Below are positions 1-8,941 of a stretch of DNA of 64,000 nt, piece after piece. Below the pieces are notes generated by a model. That model had not been told where the DNA came from. It did no database searches and saw only the letters and a program-made list of their open reading frames with translations. The DNA lies in the IMG/VR virus record IMGVR_UViG_3300028394_000037; one strand, 5' to 3'. Origin of the DNA: a virus. Each line of letters opens with the position of its first letter. The stretch's first letter is position 1. The position numbers and the translations under genes were made by a program.

Positions 1-423
1 AGTATAAGAGCGACTATGAATCATCTCCATAAACTCCCACACTGTCATACACGCTTCAAGTTCAGGAAGTGAACAGTATGGCAAAAATGCCAATCCTGGA
101 CCTCTCCCTTGAACACTATCTAACATAATTTGATATTTCAAATTTGAAGTGTAAATATGCTTTTGCTCAGGACGAAGGGTTTGATAATCTCCACGATCTT
201 TCTGAAGTGAAACCTCTTCAGGTCTCCAGAAATATCCTAGCTGTTGAGTTGTTAATTTTTCAAAGATTGGATATTTGTATGAATCATACCTTTGGATTCC
301 CAAAGGTTTGCCGAAGAACATTGGTTGTTTTTTAGTATTGACCTGATCCGTGTTGAAAACAGTCATGCCTTTTACTTGCGTATGTTCCTCTTCATTAAGA
401 ATTTTAAACTGCACAGGATTCAC
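1..423 (-). CDS. nrdB: Ribonucleotide reductase class Ia beta subunit, 5' part (runs off the left edge; not in ORF track)
   Basis: Manual translation gives MTVFNTDQVNTKKQPMFFGKPLGIQRYDSYKYPIFEKLTTQQLGYFWRPEEVSLQKDRGDY...QIMLDSVQGRGP...WEFMEMIHSRSYT, with the R2 motifs FWRPEEV and ExxH. Directly follows nrdA. Start could be GTG 423, GTG 414 or ATG 366. Confidence 0.96.
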   Translation of the reverse strand, partial: MNPVQFKILNEEEHTQVKGMTVFNTDQVNTKKQPMFFGKPLGIQRYDSYKYPIFEKLTTQQLGYFWRPEEVSLQKDRGDYQTLRPEQKHIYTSNLKYQIMLDSVQGRGPGLAFLPYCSLPELEACMTVWEFMEMIHSRSYT

Positions 424-2701
424 ACTCCCCTTCCTCTACTTTACTTAACTCGTCAACCAATTCAGACAAAGTAGGTTTTGACTCCTCAACTTCATCAGTT
501 TTAATATCGTATGTATTCTGATAATATGAAGTCTTCCACCCATACTTATATGTAGTCAGAAAATCATTTGCCATCACAGAAACTGGAACCTCATTGTCGG
601 AATAGTTCTCCGGATTATAACTCCAATTTCCAGAAATTGCCTGGTCAAAGAACTTTTGCATCATTGCAACAATTTTAATATATCCATCATTACTCTTCAT
701 ATCCCACAACAGAGTATAATTATGTTTCAGTGTTGTATATTGTGGAACAATTTGCTTCAGAGGTCCTTTCTTTGACTTTTTAATTGAAAGGAATCCTCTA
801 GGTGGTTCAATACCATTTGTCGCATTAGAGACGACAGAACTACTCTCTGAGGGCATTTGAGCGGAGAGGGTGGAGTGCCTAAGTCCATACTCTAAAATAG
901 ATGCTCGGAGTGCCTCCCAATTATGTTGCAGTGAAACAGAAGAAATCTCATCAATATCTTTCTTATAAGTATCAATAGGAAGAAGACCATCGGAATACTT
1001 AGTTCTTCCAAAATATTCACAATGTCCCTTTTCCTTAGCAATTTGATTTGATGCCTTTAGCAAATAATATTGAAAAGATTCTGAAAGTCCATGAACCGCA
1101 TCCCATGCCTCTTGAGAATCATATTTAAATCCTAATTTGGCAAGATAATGAGCCAGACCAATAAACCCTATTCCAAGAGAACGACGTGCCTTTGTAGCAA
1201 CTTCTGCAGCAAGTACGGGATATTTTTGATAGTCAATCAATTCTTCTAAACCACGAACAGAAAGTTCACATAGTTCTTCCAGTTCTTCATCAGACTTTAC
1301 TTTACCAACATTAATAGCAGAAAGAATACAGAGAGCAATTTCACCTGTTGTTTCATCAATATGTTGAATTGGATATGTTGGAAGGGTTATTTCTTGACAG
1401 AGATTACTCATCTCAACTTTATCCTTAAAAGATGAGTGAGTATTGCAATGATCAATATTCATGATGTAAATACGACCAGTTTCTGCACGTTCCTTAAGAA
1501 GACTAAGAATTAATTCTTGTGCCTTAACAGTTTTCTTTTGAATGGACGGATTATTTTCATACCCAATGTAGAGAGAGTCAAACTCAATTGTTCCGAAAGA
1601 ATCATAAAGTCTAGGTACGTCATGTGGGGAGAAAAGTGTAATCTCACCATCTTGAATAAACCTTTCATAGAATAACTTTGAAATTTGAATGGAGTAATCC
1701 AACTTACGAACACGATTATCTTCGGTTCCCTTGTTGTTTTTAAGAACTAGGATGTCTTGGATTTCTTGGTGCCAGATAGGAAAATGAACTGTAGCAGAAC
1801 CACCTCTGATGCCGTTCTGTGTGCAGCATCTGACAGTTGCCTCAAACTTTTTAAGGAAGGGAATAACACCTGTGTGCTGTACCTCTCCACCTCTAATTTT
1901 AGCGTTGATGCCACGGATTCTACCTGCGTTGATGCCGATACCAGCCCTTTGTGAGACATACCTGCCAATAGCCATATCACTGCTAAAGATACTATCCAGG
2001 GTGTCATCAACATCAACGAGAACACAAGATGCAAATTGACGAAGGGGTGTTCTGACCCCTGCCATGATTGGTGTTGGAATGTTGATTCTGTGCCTTGAGA
2101 TTGCGTCATAATACCTCTTGACGTATGAAAGACGGGTTTCCTTAGGATACTCTGCAAAGATAGTCAGAGCAATCATCATATACATGAACTGTGGAGTCTC
2201 ATATACTCCACCGGTACTCCGATCTTGTACAAGATACTTATCAACAACCTGCCTAAGTCCAGCATAGGTAAACAAATAGTCCCTATCGTGCCGAATAAAA
2301 GCGTTTGCAGACTCAATTTCTTCCTTAGAATACTTGGTATAAATGTCTCTATCATAGACTTCTGCAGAAACACAGTCCATGATATGAGTTTCAAGATGAG
2401 GAAGTTCTTGCATCTTCCCATAAAGTTGCTTACGAATGGAAAAAAGAAGCAAACGTGCAGCAACAAACTGATAATTCGGATGCTCCAAATCAATCAAATC
2501 TGATGCAGAGCGAATTAAAATTTCTTGAATTTCTGCTGTAGTAATTCCATCATAAAATTGAATGCCAGATTGTATTTCAACTTGTGATGCAGAAACTCCA
2601 GCAAGATTCTTACATGCCTCATCAACCATGATGTGCATTTTATCAAGATCTATTTGTTCAACTATTCCGTTTCTTTTTTTGACTTTAAGTTCGTTACTCA
2701 T
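404..2701 (-). CDS. nrdA: Ribonucleotide reductase class Ia alpha subunit
   Basis: N-terminal ATP cone (VKKRNG), TPIMAGVRTP, FASCVL, SNLCQEI, SAQMPSESSS, C-terminal CESC. Normal length, no intein. Confidence 0.98.
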   Translation of the reverse strand: MSNELKVKKRNGIVEQIDLDKMHIMVDEACKNLAGVSASQVEIQSGIQFYDGITTAEIQEILIRSASDLIDLEHPNYQFVAARLLLFSIRKQLYGKMQELPHLETHIMDCVSAEVYDRDIYTKYSKEEIESANAFIRHDRDYLFTYAGLRQVVDKYLVQDRSTGGVYETPQFMYMMIALTIFAEYPKETRLSYVKRYYDAISRHRINIPTPIMAGVRTPLRQFASCVLVDVDDTLDSIFSSDMAIGRYVSQRAGIGINAGRIRGINAKIRGGEVQHTGVIPFLKKFEATVRCCTQNGIRGGSATVHFPIWHQEIQDILVLKNNKGTEDNRVRKLDYSIQISKLFYERFIQDGEITLFSPHDVPRLYDSFGTIEFDSLYIGYENNPSIQKKTVKAQELILSLLKERAETGRIYIMNIDHCNTHSSFKDKVEMSNLCQEITLPTYPIQHIDETTGEIALCILSAINVGKVKSDEELEELCELSVRGLEELIDYQKYPVLAAEVATKARRSLGIGFIGLAHYLAKLGFKYDSQEAWDAVHGLSESFQYYLLKASNQIAKEKGHCEYFGRTKYSDGLLPIDTYKKDIDEISSVSLQHNWEALRASILEYGLRHSTLSAQMPSESSSVVSNATNGIEPPRGFLSIKKSKKGPLKQIVPQYTTLKHNYTLLWDMKSNDGYIKIVAMMQKFFDQAISGNWSYNPENYSDNEVPVSVMANDFLTTYKYGWKTSYYQNTYDIKTDEVEESKPTLSELVDELSKVEEGECESCAV

Positions 2702-3666
2702 ATTTTTTTCCAGGTTGTAAATTTAAGTTTTGCTTCTAATCCACTGTATGTATTTAATTCTATCACTTCCTGAACATTGTGTCCAGTGAGTACCATATCA
2801 TTTATATCCTTTTCCTTTATTGATGAAGGCCAGATGACAACTTTTTGTCCCATTTCAATAACACGGGAAATTCTTGATAGGATTTCTGAATTACGTGGTT
2901 CGTTATCATATATCCACACAGGATTGTCAATCCCCCACTTACCAACATCACCATCAGCTCCACAAAGAGCAATCGCGTTTGAAATAAATGTTGAATCAAA
3001 GGGACCTTCGGTGATGTAAACAGTTTGATCCTTTTGCACTTCATCAAGACCGTATATTTTTGGGGCATTGTCACATAGCATCACAGTAATGTATTTAACC
3101 TTGCTTGGACCCAATGCTCTTCCCTGAAATCCTATGAGAGCATTTTGATAAAACATTGGAATGATAATCCTTGATTCATCATACTTTGTATTCTCAAAGG
3201 TTTGTTTAAGAGAATTAGTCCACTCCTTAAATTTTTCCGCATAATAAAATTTATCTGGATTTAATTTTCTACCTTGCAAATATCCAGATGCACTTAGATT
3301 TTCAGATGCTTTGGGTAAATCAAGTTTTGGTTTAAACTCAGGAACTTTAAACTCAAATTTAGGTTCTTCTACTGTAAAATTCTTACCAGTATGCCCTTCT
3401 TTAAATTTATCAAAAATATATTGCTTATGAATCTCTATATCAAGTTGTTTTAAAAAATTATTAAATGATATGTTAATACCACAATTATGACACTTATAAT
3501 TTGTATTATTTTTAACCTGATAAAGATATCCTCTCAACTTATTCTTATTCTTTTGGGAATCCCCACAAATAGGACAACGAAAGTTATAGAGATTGTTCTT
3601 TACCTTTTTAAATTTTTGAAGGCGAGAAGATATCAAATTGATGTACTTAACATCAATAAAGTCCAT
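2698..3666 (-). CDS. gp61: DNA primase (T4 gp61-like)
   Basis: Zn finger RCPICGDS...CHNCG, TOPRIM motif ITEGPFDS, YDNEPRN, KDINDM. Confidence 0.96.
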   Translation of the reverse strand: MDFIDVKYINLISSRLQKFKKVKNNLYNFRCPICGDSQKNKNKLRGYLYQVKNNTNYKCHNCGINISFNNFLKQLDIEIHKQYIFDKFKEGHTGKNFTVEEPKFEFKVPEFKPKLDLPKASENLSASGYLQGRKLNPDKFYYAEKFKEWTNSLKQTFENTKYDESRIIIPMFYQNALIGFQGRALGPSKVKYITVMLCDNAPKIYGLDEVQKDQTVYITEGPFDSTFISNAIALCGADGDVGKWGIDNPVWIYDNEPRNSEILSRISRVIEMGQKVVIWPSSIKEKDINDMVLTGHNVQEVIELNTYSGLEAKLKFTTWKKI

Positions 3667-3689
3667 AAAATCACATAATCATTGATACA

Positions 3690-3717
3690 AGTTTAGCAGA
3701 TTATCTTATTTTGTCAA
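3690..3717 (-). promoter_or_regulatory. Sigma70-type promoter for g61-nrdA-nrdB
   Basis: Minus strand TTGACA-16 nt-TAAACT with extended -10 TGn, about 25 nt upstream of the primase ATG. Confidence 0.65.
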
Positions 3718-3725
3718 GACATATA

Positions 3726-4145
3726 TTAGTTAGTTTTATGTTGATGATTTATACGTGCAGAATCTTCCATTCCGGCAGGTGTCCACCAACCAGATGCAAG
3801 AGTTGACATAGATGTGGCAAGAATAGCAAGAAGAACTCCACAACCAATAGTCATCCATTTGATTTTGGAAACATCACCTAATTCTTTTTCCAAAATAGTA
3901 ATTCTGTCCCCAGATTTTCTATGTTCTTTCTCATTATCTTCTTTTAAATTATCAATCATTTTAAGAAGTAAGTCATCAGTTCTTTGCTGATACTCAATTT
4001 TTTCATCGTGTACAGCAAGCATCTTAATTACATTCGTATTAACTTCACTTAATTTTTGAATGGCATCATCAAGTTTGTTGACTATATTTGCAAAGTCAGC
4101 AAACTTTTGCTCTAGCACAGCTACTTTTACAATTTCTTCTGACAT
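3726..4145 (-). CDS. Coiled-coil protein with a C-terminal transmembrane helix, function unknown
   Basis: Heptad-rich N-terminal 95 aa followed by hydrophobic WMTIGCGVLLAILATSM. ATAAATA box upstream at 4211-4217. Confidence 0.7.
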   Translation of the reverse strand: MSEEIVKVAVLEQKFADFANIVNKLDDAIQKLSEVNTNVIKMLAVHDEKIEYQQRTDDLLLKMIDNLKEDNEKEHRKSGDRITILEKELGDVSKIKWMTIGCGVLLAILATSMSTLASGWWTPAGMEDSARINHQHKTN

Positions 4146-4213
4146 TGTTCTAAAGCAAAGTATAGTTTTAAATAAAGAGCACTTTGCTAATATAATTCGT
4201 TAGATACAATTAT

Positions 4214-4429
4214 TTATTCTTTTGGTTTCATCCATTTTTTACGAGAACCTAATCCCAAGTATATACTCTTTTTCTTATTTTTGAAAACTGGAGGATTACC
4301 TGGATCTGCTTGAGGAGTACCTGCAATTTTCCCCCCACCAACAGAATTGGTTGGTCCTCCAACAACCATACCATCCTCTTTCAATTGCCTAAATGCATTA
4401 ATTATTTTTTCCAGTTTATTATTTTTCAT
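4214..4429 (-). CDS. Small hypothetical protein, possible head-associated peptide
   Basis: Likely start MKNNKLEK at 4429, overlapping the upstream stop. Contains LKE...PTNSVGGGKIAG and a basic C-terminus. Confidence 0.7.
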   Translation of the reverse strand: MKNNKLEKIINAFRQLKEDGMVVGGPTNSVGGGKIAGTPQADPGNPPVFKNKKKSIYLGLGSRKKWMKPKE

Positions 4430-4802
4430 TGTAAATTTTGTAAAGTTCTGAAAGGCAATGAATATCAACTTGAATATCGTGAATTGAAGATTTTGGATAT
4501 TCAGGAAATTTTCCCAAAAATATAATAAAAGTCTTCATTGCAGACCATAATTCCTTTTCAATTTTAAAAAATAACATTGGAGTTGTTGCTTCACCAAATA
4601 TATTATAAAGAATAATAAAATGGTTAATAAGAAGGTGAGTTTTTAGGTCACCAGTATTCTTATATCGTTTCAAAAGTCTTTTGATATATTTAAAATGATT
4701 CAAATCCTTATCAAAATCTTCTCTGGTTACTGCCTGAGGATTTTCATAATGTTTAATTGCAAACAAGAGGAAATTGTCCTCATTCAATTCATTGAAAATC
4801 AT
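4419..4802 (-). CDS. Conserved hypothetical protein of T4-like phages
   Basis: MIFNELNEDNFLLFAIKHYENPQ...KYIKRLLKRY...LLINHFIILYNIFG is a recognisable conserved T4-like family upstream of primase. Confidence 0.8.
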   Translation of the reverse strand: MIFNELNEDNFLLFAIKHYENPQAVTREDFDKDLNHFKYIKRLLKRYKNTGDLKTHLLINHFIILYNIFGEATTPMLFFKIEKELWSAMKTFIIFLGKFPEYPKSSIHDIQVDIHCLSELYKIYNEK

Positions 4803-4808
4803 TTATTA

Positions 4809-5843
4809 TCAAGCAACAGTAAGTGTAGTTGTTCCAATACCAACATCAGAAGTTGTTCCTGAACCACCAATATTGCGAAGAAGAACATCACCAAACTGTG
4901 AGGTGAATGAACTAATTACACCAACAGCACTTGAACCATCAGTAATAACGCCAACAAATCCACTTGGAAGATCAATTTTCAGTTTTGTTGCATTCGTGCG
5001 AGTACTAAATGTAACTAAAAGTCCTTGAGTAATTGTTGATCCAATTGTGCTACCAGTTCCAATTTGAACAGAAGTAGTCCCAACAGCAACAACAGGAACA
5101 TTTGTAAGTTTACCTGCTACTGTAAGAGAACTTCCAATAGCAACACCTGCTACTGAATCAACAAAGATATTAGTTCCACCAATCGCAACAGTTTGTCCCG
5201 ATGTGGTTAATGTTGTTGAGATTGCAACGTTTGCAGAAAGGACTGTACTTGGTGCAGTAAATGCAAATGATACTCTGTTTGTAACTTGACCATTAAAGTT
5301 TGTAAACACATCTGGAGATCCGTGCAGAGCAGCCGTTGATGACCAGGCATATTGAGTGGATCCTGATGATGATGCAGTTGCAACGATTGCTGTGGATTCG
5401 TTTGCATTATTTGCATCAAAGGTACGAATTCTCATCGTTGCACCAGCACTTGCAAAAACAAGCTCATTGAATACAACGTGAATATACCCAGTAGTGTTGG
5501 TAGCAATACCAGTAGTTGCTCCACCACCGATGGCAATTCTTGAGGATCTATTTGGATCTTCAAAGAAGACCGCAACAGGACCAGCAGTACCGATACCAGT
5601 AGCACCAGCATCTCCAAGTGTTGAAGTACTGTTCAATCCAACAACTGGAACTAAAACTTCATCATAATAAGATGATGAAAGACCAGAATGTTCGCTAGTG
5701 CCATATCTTCTGTAAACCCATCCACGTACATCTGCAAAGCAATTCCAAGGAGTATTATTTCTATCATTCTCAGACAGATGTTTGGGAATAGCATAATTGT
5801 TTGCTGCGGTTTCAGTTGTTGTGGAAATGCCCCAGAGTGCCAT
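4809..5843 (-). CDS. Putative virion structural or fibre protein (Gly/Thr/Ser-rich, beta-rich)
   Basis: MALWG N-terminus typical of cyanophage structural proteins, G/T/S/A-rich composition, TATAAATA 33 nt upstream. Confidence 0.7.
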   Translation of the reverse strand: MALWGISTTTETAANNYAIPKHLSENDRNNTPWNCFADVRGWVYRRYGTSEHSGLSSSYYDEVLVPVVGLNSTSTLGDAGATGIGTAGPVAVFFEDPNRSSRIAIGGGATTGIATNTTGYIHVVFNELVFASAGATMRIRTFDANNANESTAIVATASSSGSTQYAWSSTAALHGSPDVFTNFNGQVTNRVSFAFTAPSTVLSANVAISTTLTTSGQTVAIGGTNIFVDSVAGVAIGSSLTVAGKLTNVPVVAVGTTSVQIGTGSTIGSTITQGLLVTFSTRTNATKLKIDLPSGFVGVITDGSSAVGVISSFTSQFGDVLLRNIGGSGTTSDVGIGTTTLTVA

Positions 5844-5875
5844 TCTTTTTACCTATAATTCGTTAATCTAAGAAG

Positions 5876-5883
5876 TATTTATA
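5876..5883 (-). promoter_or_regulatory. T4-type late promoter TATAAATA
   Basis: Exact gp55 consensus immediately downstream of a terminator U-tract. Confidence 0.8.
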
Positions 5884-5924
5884 AAAAAATGAGACCTCGT
5901 TAATTAGAGGTCTCATTATTTTTT
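5883..5924. terminator. Intrinsic terminator, possibly bidirectional
   Basis: 11-bp inverted repeat AATGAGACCTC/GAGGTCTCATT (5888-5917) with an A-tract on the left and a T-tract on the right. Confidence 0.8.
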
Positions 5925-6067
5925 GAGAGAACTATTAAAATATTTCGTATAAACTGATATACAGTATTTGCCTTTATTTTTTTATTTTGTCCAAGATATT
6001 CAGAAAAGGAAAACAACAATCCAAGGATTACTGTTATTCCCCAATTTGCTACTAAACAACTAATCAC
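5900..6067 (-). CDS. Small membrane protein, 55 aa (not in ORF track)
   Basis: GTG start overlapping the upstream TGA. MISCLVANWGITVILGLLFSFSEYLGQNKKIKANTVYQFIRNILIVLSKNNETSN has one TM helix and an amphipathic helix. Confidence 0.6.
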   Translation of the reverse strand: MISCLVANWGITVILGLLFSFSEYLGQNKKIKANTVYQFIRNILIVLSKNNETSN

Positions 6068-6237
6068 TTGCAGTTCTTCAGAAGAGCTACTCTTACTGTT
6101 GAGGCAATTACATTATCAATATCGTTATCGGTTGTTGCGACATAACGATCAATCAAATCCACAACCAGTTTCTTTACCTGGCATGAATTCATAAACTGAA
6201 TCAAGATTGGTTTTAAAAGATTTACTACATTAGCCAT
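6064..6237 (-). CDS. Small hypothetical protein, 57 aa (not in ORF track)
   Basis: MANVVNLLKPILIQFMNSCQVKKLVVDLIDRYVATTDNDIDNVIASTVRVALLKNCK with a TDNDID motif. CTAAATA late box at 6263-6269. Confidence 0.7.
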   Translation of the reverse strand: MANVVNLLKPILIQFMNSCQVKKLVVDLIDRYVATTDNDIDNVIASTVRVALLKNCK

Positions 6238-6295
6238 TTTGAGAATCCTATTACAACAATATTATTTAGGGATTTTACCTAATTTTAATCATTTA

Positions 6296-7627
6296 TCAAC
6301 CACCTGTAGTTGTTCTTGTACTTCTCCTCATCTGATCAAGATAATATTGAGTATGAGGTCTTGCTTTACTAGTATCCCCTGCTTTTAATGCCTTGGCTGC
6401 TGGACCACTATCATTTCCCATCATAGCATCAGCAGCAGCAGCAGAGTACTCTCTAGACATTCCTCCCGTTTGCCCTCTGTGCTTAGGAGATCCAGCTTCT
6501 GCTGCTTGCGCTTCAAGTCTTTTTCTTAGATCAGTACTAGAAGGTGGTTTTTCCCCTTTTTTGTGAGTAAATCTTGCCCTATTTAAAGTGTCTCCAGTTT
6601 TAATACTACCAAGACCCTTTCCACCACTCATTTGATTGATAGCACCTTTGCTAATTGGTCTCCATCCTTCAATAATAGATTCTAACCAAGCATCACTCAT
6701 ATGCTCTACAATATTTTCTGCTGAATCAAAATTTTCAGCAAAACAATTATCAACCAAAGTTTCAATTACATAATCATAAATGTTTTCAGTTTCTTCCCTC
6801 ATTGCTTGCTTTCTTTTCCAAGCATAATAAATTTTTTCACCTTTTTCTGCTCCATACTCTTTCATCATTGCCTTTTTTGCTGAAGAAGTTTTCTTTCCAA
6901 GTGCTTCTTCCTTTCTTCTTTCCACAGAAGTCATATGTCTTTCATCAAGTTCATATTCTTCAGTATTAAGTGGAAGTTTTCCTTGCTTTAATGCATTGAT
7001 TTTAAATTGCTGTTGCTTTCTTACAAGATTTATTAATTCTTGTGGAGTTGGTTCTTGTTGAGTTGGTTCTTGTTGAGTTGGTTTTTTTGATTGGGAATCA
7101 ATTTCTTCCTTTCTTAAACTTTTAAGTATTTCATCAGGAGATTTTGTAATAGTATCAGATTTTTCACGGGGAATTTGTTTTCTTTTTGCTTGCAATTTCA
7201 AAAGTTTCTGTCTTCTTCTTCTGAGTTTTTCTTCTCTTTCATAATCTGTTTCTTCACCAATTTCAACCATTTCAATCAATTCACCACCCAATTCAGAGGC
7301 AATCTGAATCATCTCAGTATTCATCGTTGGATTGATTTCAACTATATTATTTACCTCTTTTTCTTTAATTTGTTTTTTATTTTGCTCATTATCAACTAAA
7401 TCAGCAATTTCAAATAAATCATCTCTCCAATTTGATAATGATTCTTTACGAGTTTTAATTACAGAACCTATTTTTCTACGACGATTTAAAAGATACTTAT
7501 CGGTCTTTGTATTTTTTTTACGATCATTATCAATGTCAGAATCTTCTTGTCCTACTGGATCAAGTTTTTCAGATACAATTTTTCCAAAATAAACCTTTGA
7601 AATATCGTTAAGAATATTATTAGACAT
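6296..7627 (-). CDS. Modular charged protein, probable internal head protein, carrying a diverged copy of the shared 38-aa module
   Basis: 443 aa. KLDPVGQEDSDIDND motif, alternating acidic linkers and basic blocks, YDYVIETLVDNCFAENFDSAENIVEHMSDAWLESIIE. TATAAATA at 7661-7668. Confidence 0.7.
   Translation of the reverse strand: MSNNILNDISKVYFGKIVSEKLDPVGQEDSDIDNDRKKNTKTDKYLLNRRRKIGSVIKTRKESLSNWRDDLFEIADLVDNEQNKKQIKEKEVNNIVEINPTMNTEMIQIASELGGELIEMVEIGEETDYEREEKLRRRRQKLLKLQAKRKQIPREKSDTITKSPDEILKSLRKEEIDSQSKKPTQQEPTQQEPTPQELINLVRKQQQFKINALKQGKLPLNTEEYELDERHMTSVERRKEEALGKKTSSAKKAMMKEYGAEKGEKIYYAWKRKQAMREETENIYDYVIETLVDNCFAENFDSAENIVEHMSDAWLESIIEGWRPISKGAINQMSGGKGLGSIKTGDTLNRARFTHKKGEKPPSSTDLRKRLEAQAAEAGSPKHRGQTGGMSREYSAAAADAMMGNDSGPAAKALKAGDTSKARPHTQYYLDQMRRSTRTTTGG
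7041..7085. repeat. 15-bp in-frame tandem repeat (PTQQE PTQQE PTPQE)
   Basis: gagttggttcttgtt unit, about 3 copies. Confidence 0.85.
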
Positions 7628-8915
7628 TAGAATAAATGCTTTTTTTTATTTTTCTATACTTATTTATAAATTCTTTGATAGCATAATATTTTGCACCAGA
7701 TTGTAAATTTTCTTTTCCAGTTTTAATTGCTCCTGGAGTTTGTTTTGCTGCGTATTTAGCTGCCCCAAGAGTTCCCGTTAAAGTATTTGGTTTACCAGGC
7801 TCTCTATACATACGGTTCATATTTTTTTCAGTATATTCATTCAAATCTTTAATCCAAGACTTAAACATAATATCATCTTCGGTAACACAAATTAAATAAT
7901 TAGTTCCTCTACGAATTACTTTTCCAGTCAATCCAGTATTCATATTTTCTACAATATCACCAATTTTAAAAATTTTATTTTGAACATAATTTTCTCTCAA
8001 ATTTTCATTATCCAATTTTGGAGCAATTTGCCACAAATTAAAATTTTCTTTTATTGAAATTTCCATTCCTTTACGAACATCATTAAATAATTTTTTCGTT
8101 TCTTTATCATCAAGTTTTTTAGGAACTCCTCTTCGGAAAGTTTCAAAATCATTTTCTGCTGCTGCCTTTCTCATTTTAGATGCCGACATTCCTGATGCAT
8201 TTTTATCAGAATCTGCTGTTCCTGCTGCAACTACATTGATTTGTGAAAAATTATATTCAGAACCATTATACTTATTTGCAAGATTTTTAATCTCTGCTTG
8301 ACGATCTGAACCAACAACAATATTTACATTTCCATACCCATCCTCAGAAGTTGCCCTCAATACATCAAAGATATTTTGCATATCCGGATTATTAATTATA
8401 TTTTCACCAAATTTAGGAAACATTTTTCTCATATATGAGATTTTTGTATTGGGATCCAATGGATTCTTTTTTGGATCTTGAATCCTAGATGGATAAATTT
8501 TCAATTCTCCACCAATAGAAATACGATCTGCAGTCTTAAAAAGTTTTTCGTGTCCTATTGTCGGTGGATTAAATCTTCCAAAAATAATTGTAGAGAATTC
8601 ATCATTTTGTTGTTGTTCTAGAGATTGCTGTTGTTGCTGTGGCAATTCAGATTGTATTTGTTGTGTTGGTAAATTAACTTGAGTTCCTGCGACTTGTTGA
8701 TTTGCTTTTGTTTTTGGACCATCTGGAATATCTCTTTTACCTACTCTTTCACCACGATTAAAAAATTCAAGTTCACCCCCAACAGTTTTAGCAACAAATT
8801 CTCCACGAGAATCATACCAATCCCCGTGCCCATCACCTTGCAATCCAAGTTTTTTGGCTTGTTCTGATGCTTTAGTTTTCTTTGCTTCTATTAAGAACTG
8901 AGAAAATCTCTTCAT
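7620..8915 (-). CDS. Cytidylyltransferase-like (HxGH-superfamily) nucleotidyltransferase with capsid-targeting-like N-terminus
   Basis: FGRFNPPTIGHEKL, VVGSDR and MSASKMR motifs. N-terminus MKRFSQFLIE, poly-Q linker, C-terminal SH3/KOW-like FKIGDIVEN...GKVIRRGTNY. Confidence 0.85.
   Translation of the reverse strand: MKRFSQFLIEAKKTKASEQAKKLGLQGDGHGDWYDSRGEFVAKTVGGELEFFNRGERVGKRDIPDGPKTKANQQVAGTQVNLPTQQIQSELPQQQQQSLEQQQNDEFSTIIFGRFNPPTIGHEKLFKTADRISIGGELKIYPSRIQDPKKNPLDPNTKISYMRKMFPKFGENIINNPDMQNIFDVLRATSEDGYGNVNIVVGSDRQAEIKNLANKYNGSEYNFSQINVVAAGTADSDKNASGMSASKMRKAAAENDFETFRRGVPKKLDDKETKKLFNDVRKGMEISIKENFNLWQIAPKLDNENLRENYVQNKIFKIGDIVENMNTGLTGKVIRRGTNYLICVTEDDIMFKSWIKDLNEYTEKNMNRMYREPGKPNTLTGTLGAAKYAAKQTPGAIKTGKENLQSGAKYYAIKEFINKYRKIKKSIYSNV
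7661..7668 (-). promoter_or_regulatory. Late promoter TATAAATA embedded in the 3' end of the upstream gene
   Basis: Exact consensus 34 nt upstream of ATG 7627. Confidence 0.75.
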
Positions 8916-8933
8916 ACTATATTATTTTTTAAA

Positions 8934-8941
8934 TATTTATC
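8934..8941 (-). promoter_or_regulatory. Late promoter GATAAATA
   Basis: Overlaps the upstream stop codon, 19 nt from ATG 8915. Confidence 0.65.

Noticed and set aside
144-474. Plus-strand ORFs 144-335 and 292-474
   Set aside because: They lie antisense to the clear nrdB/nrdA frames and have no motifs.
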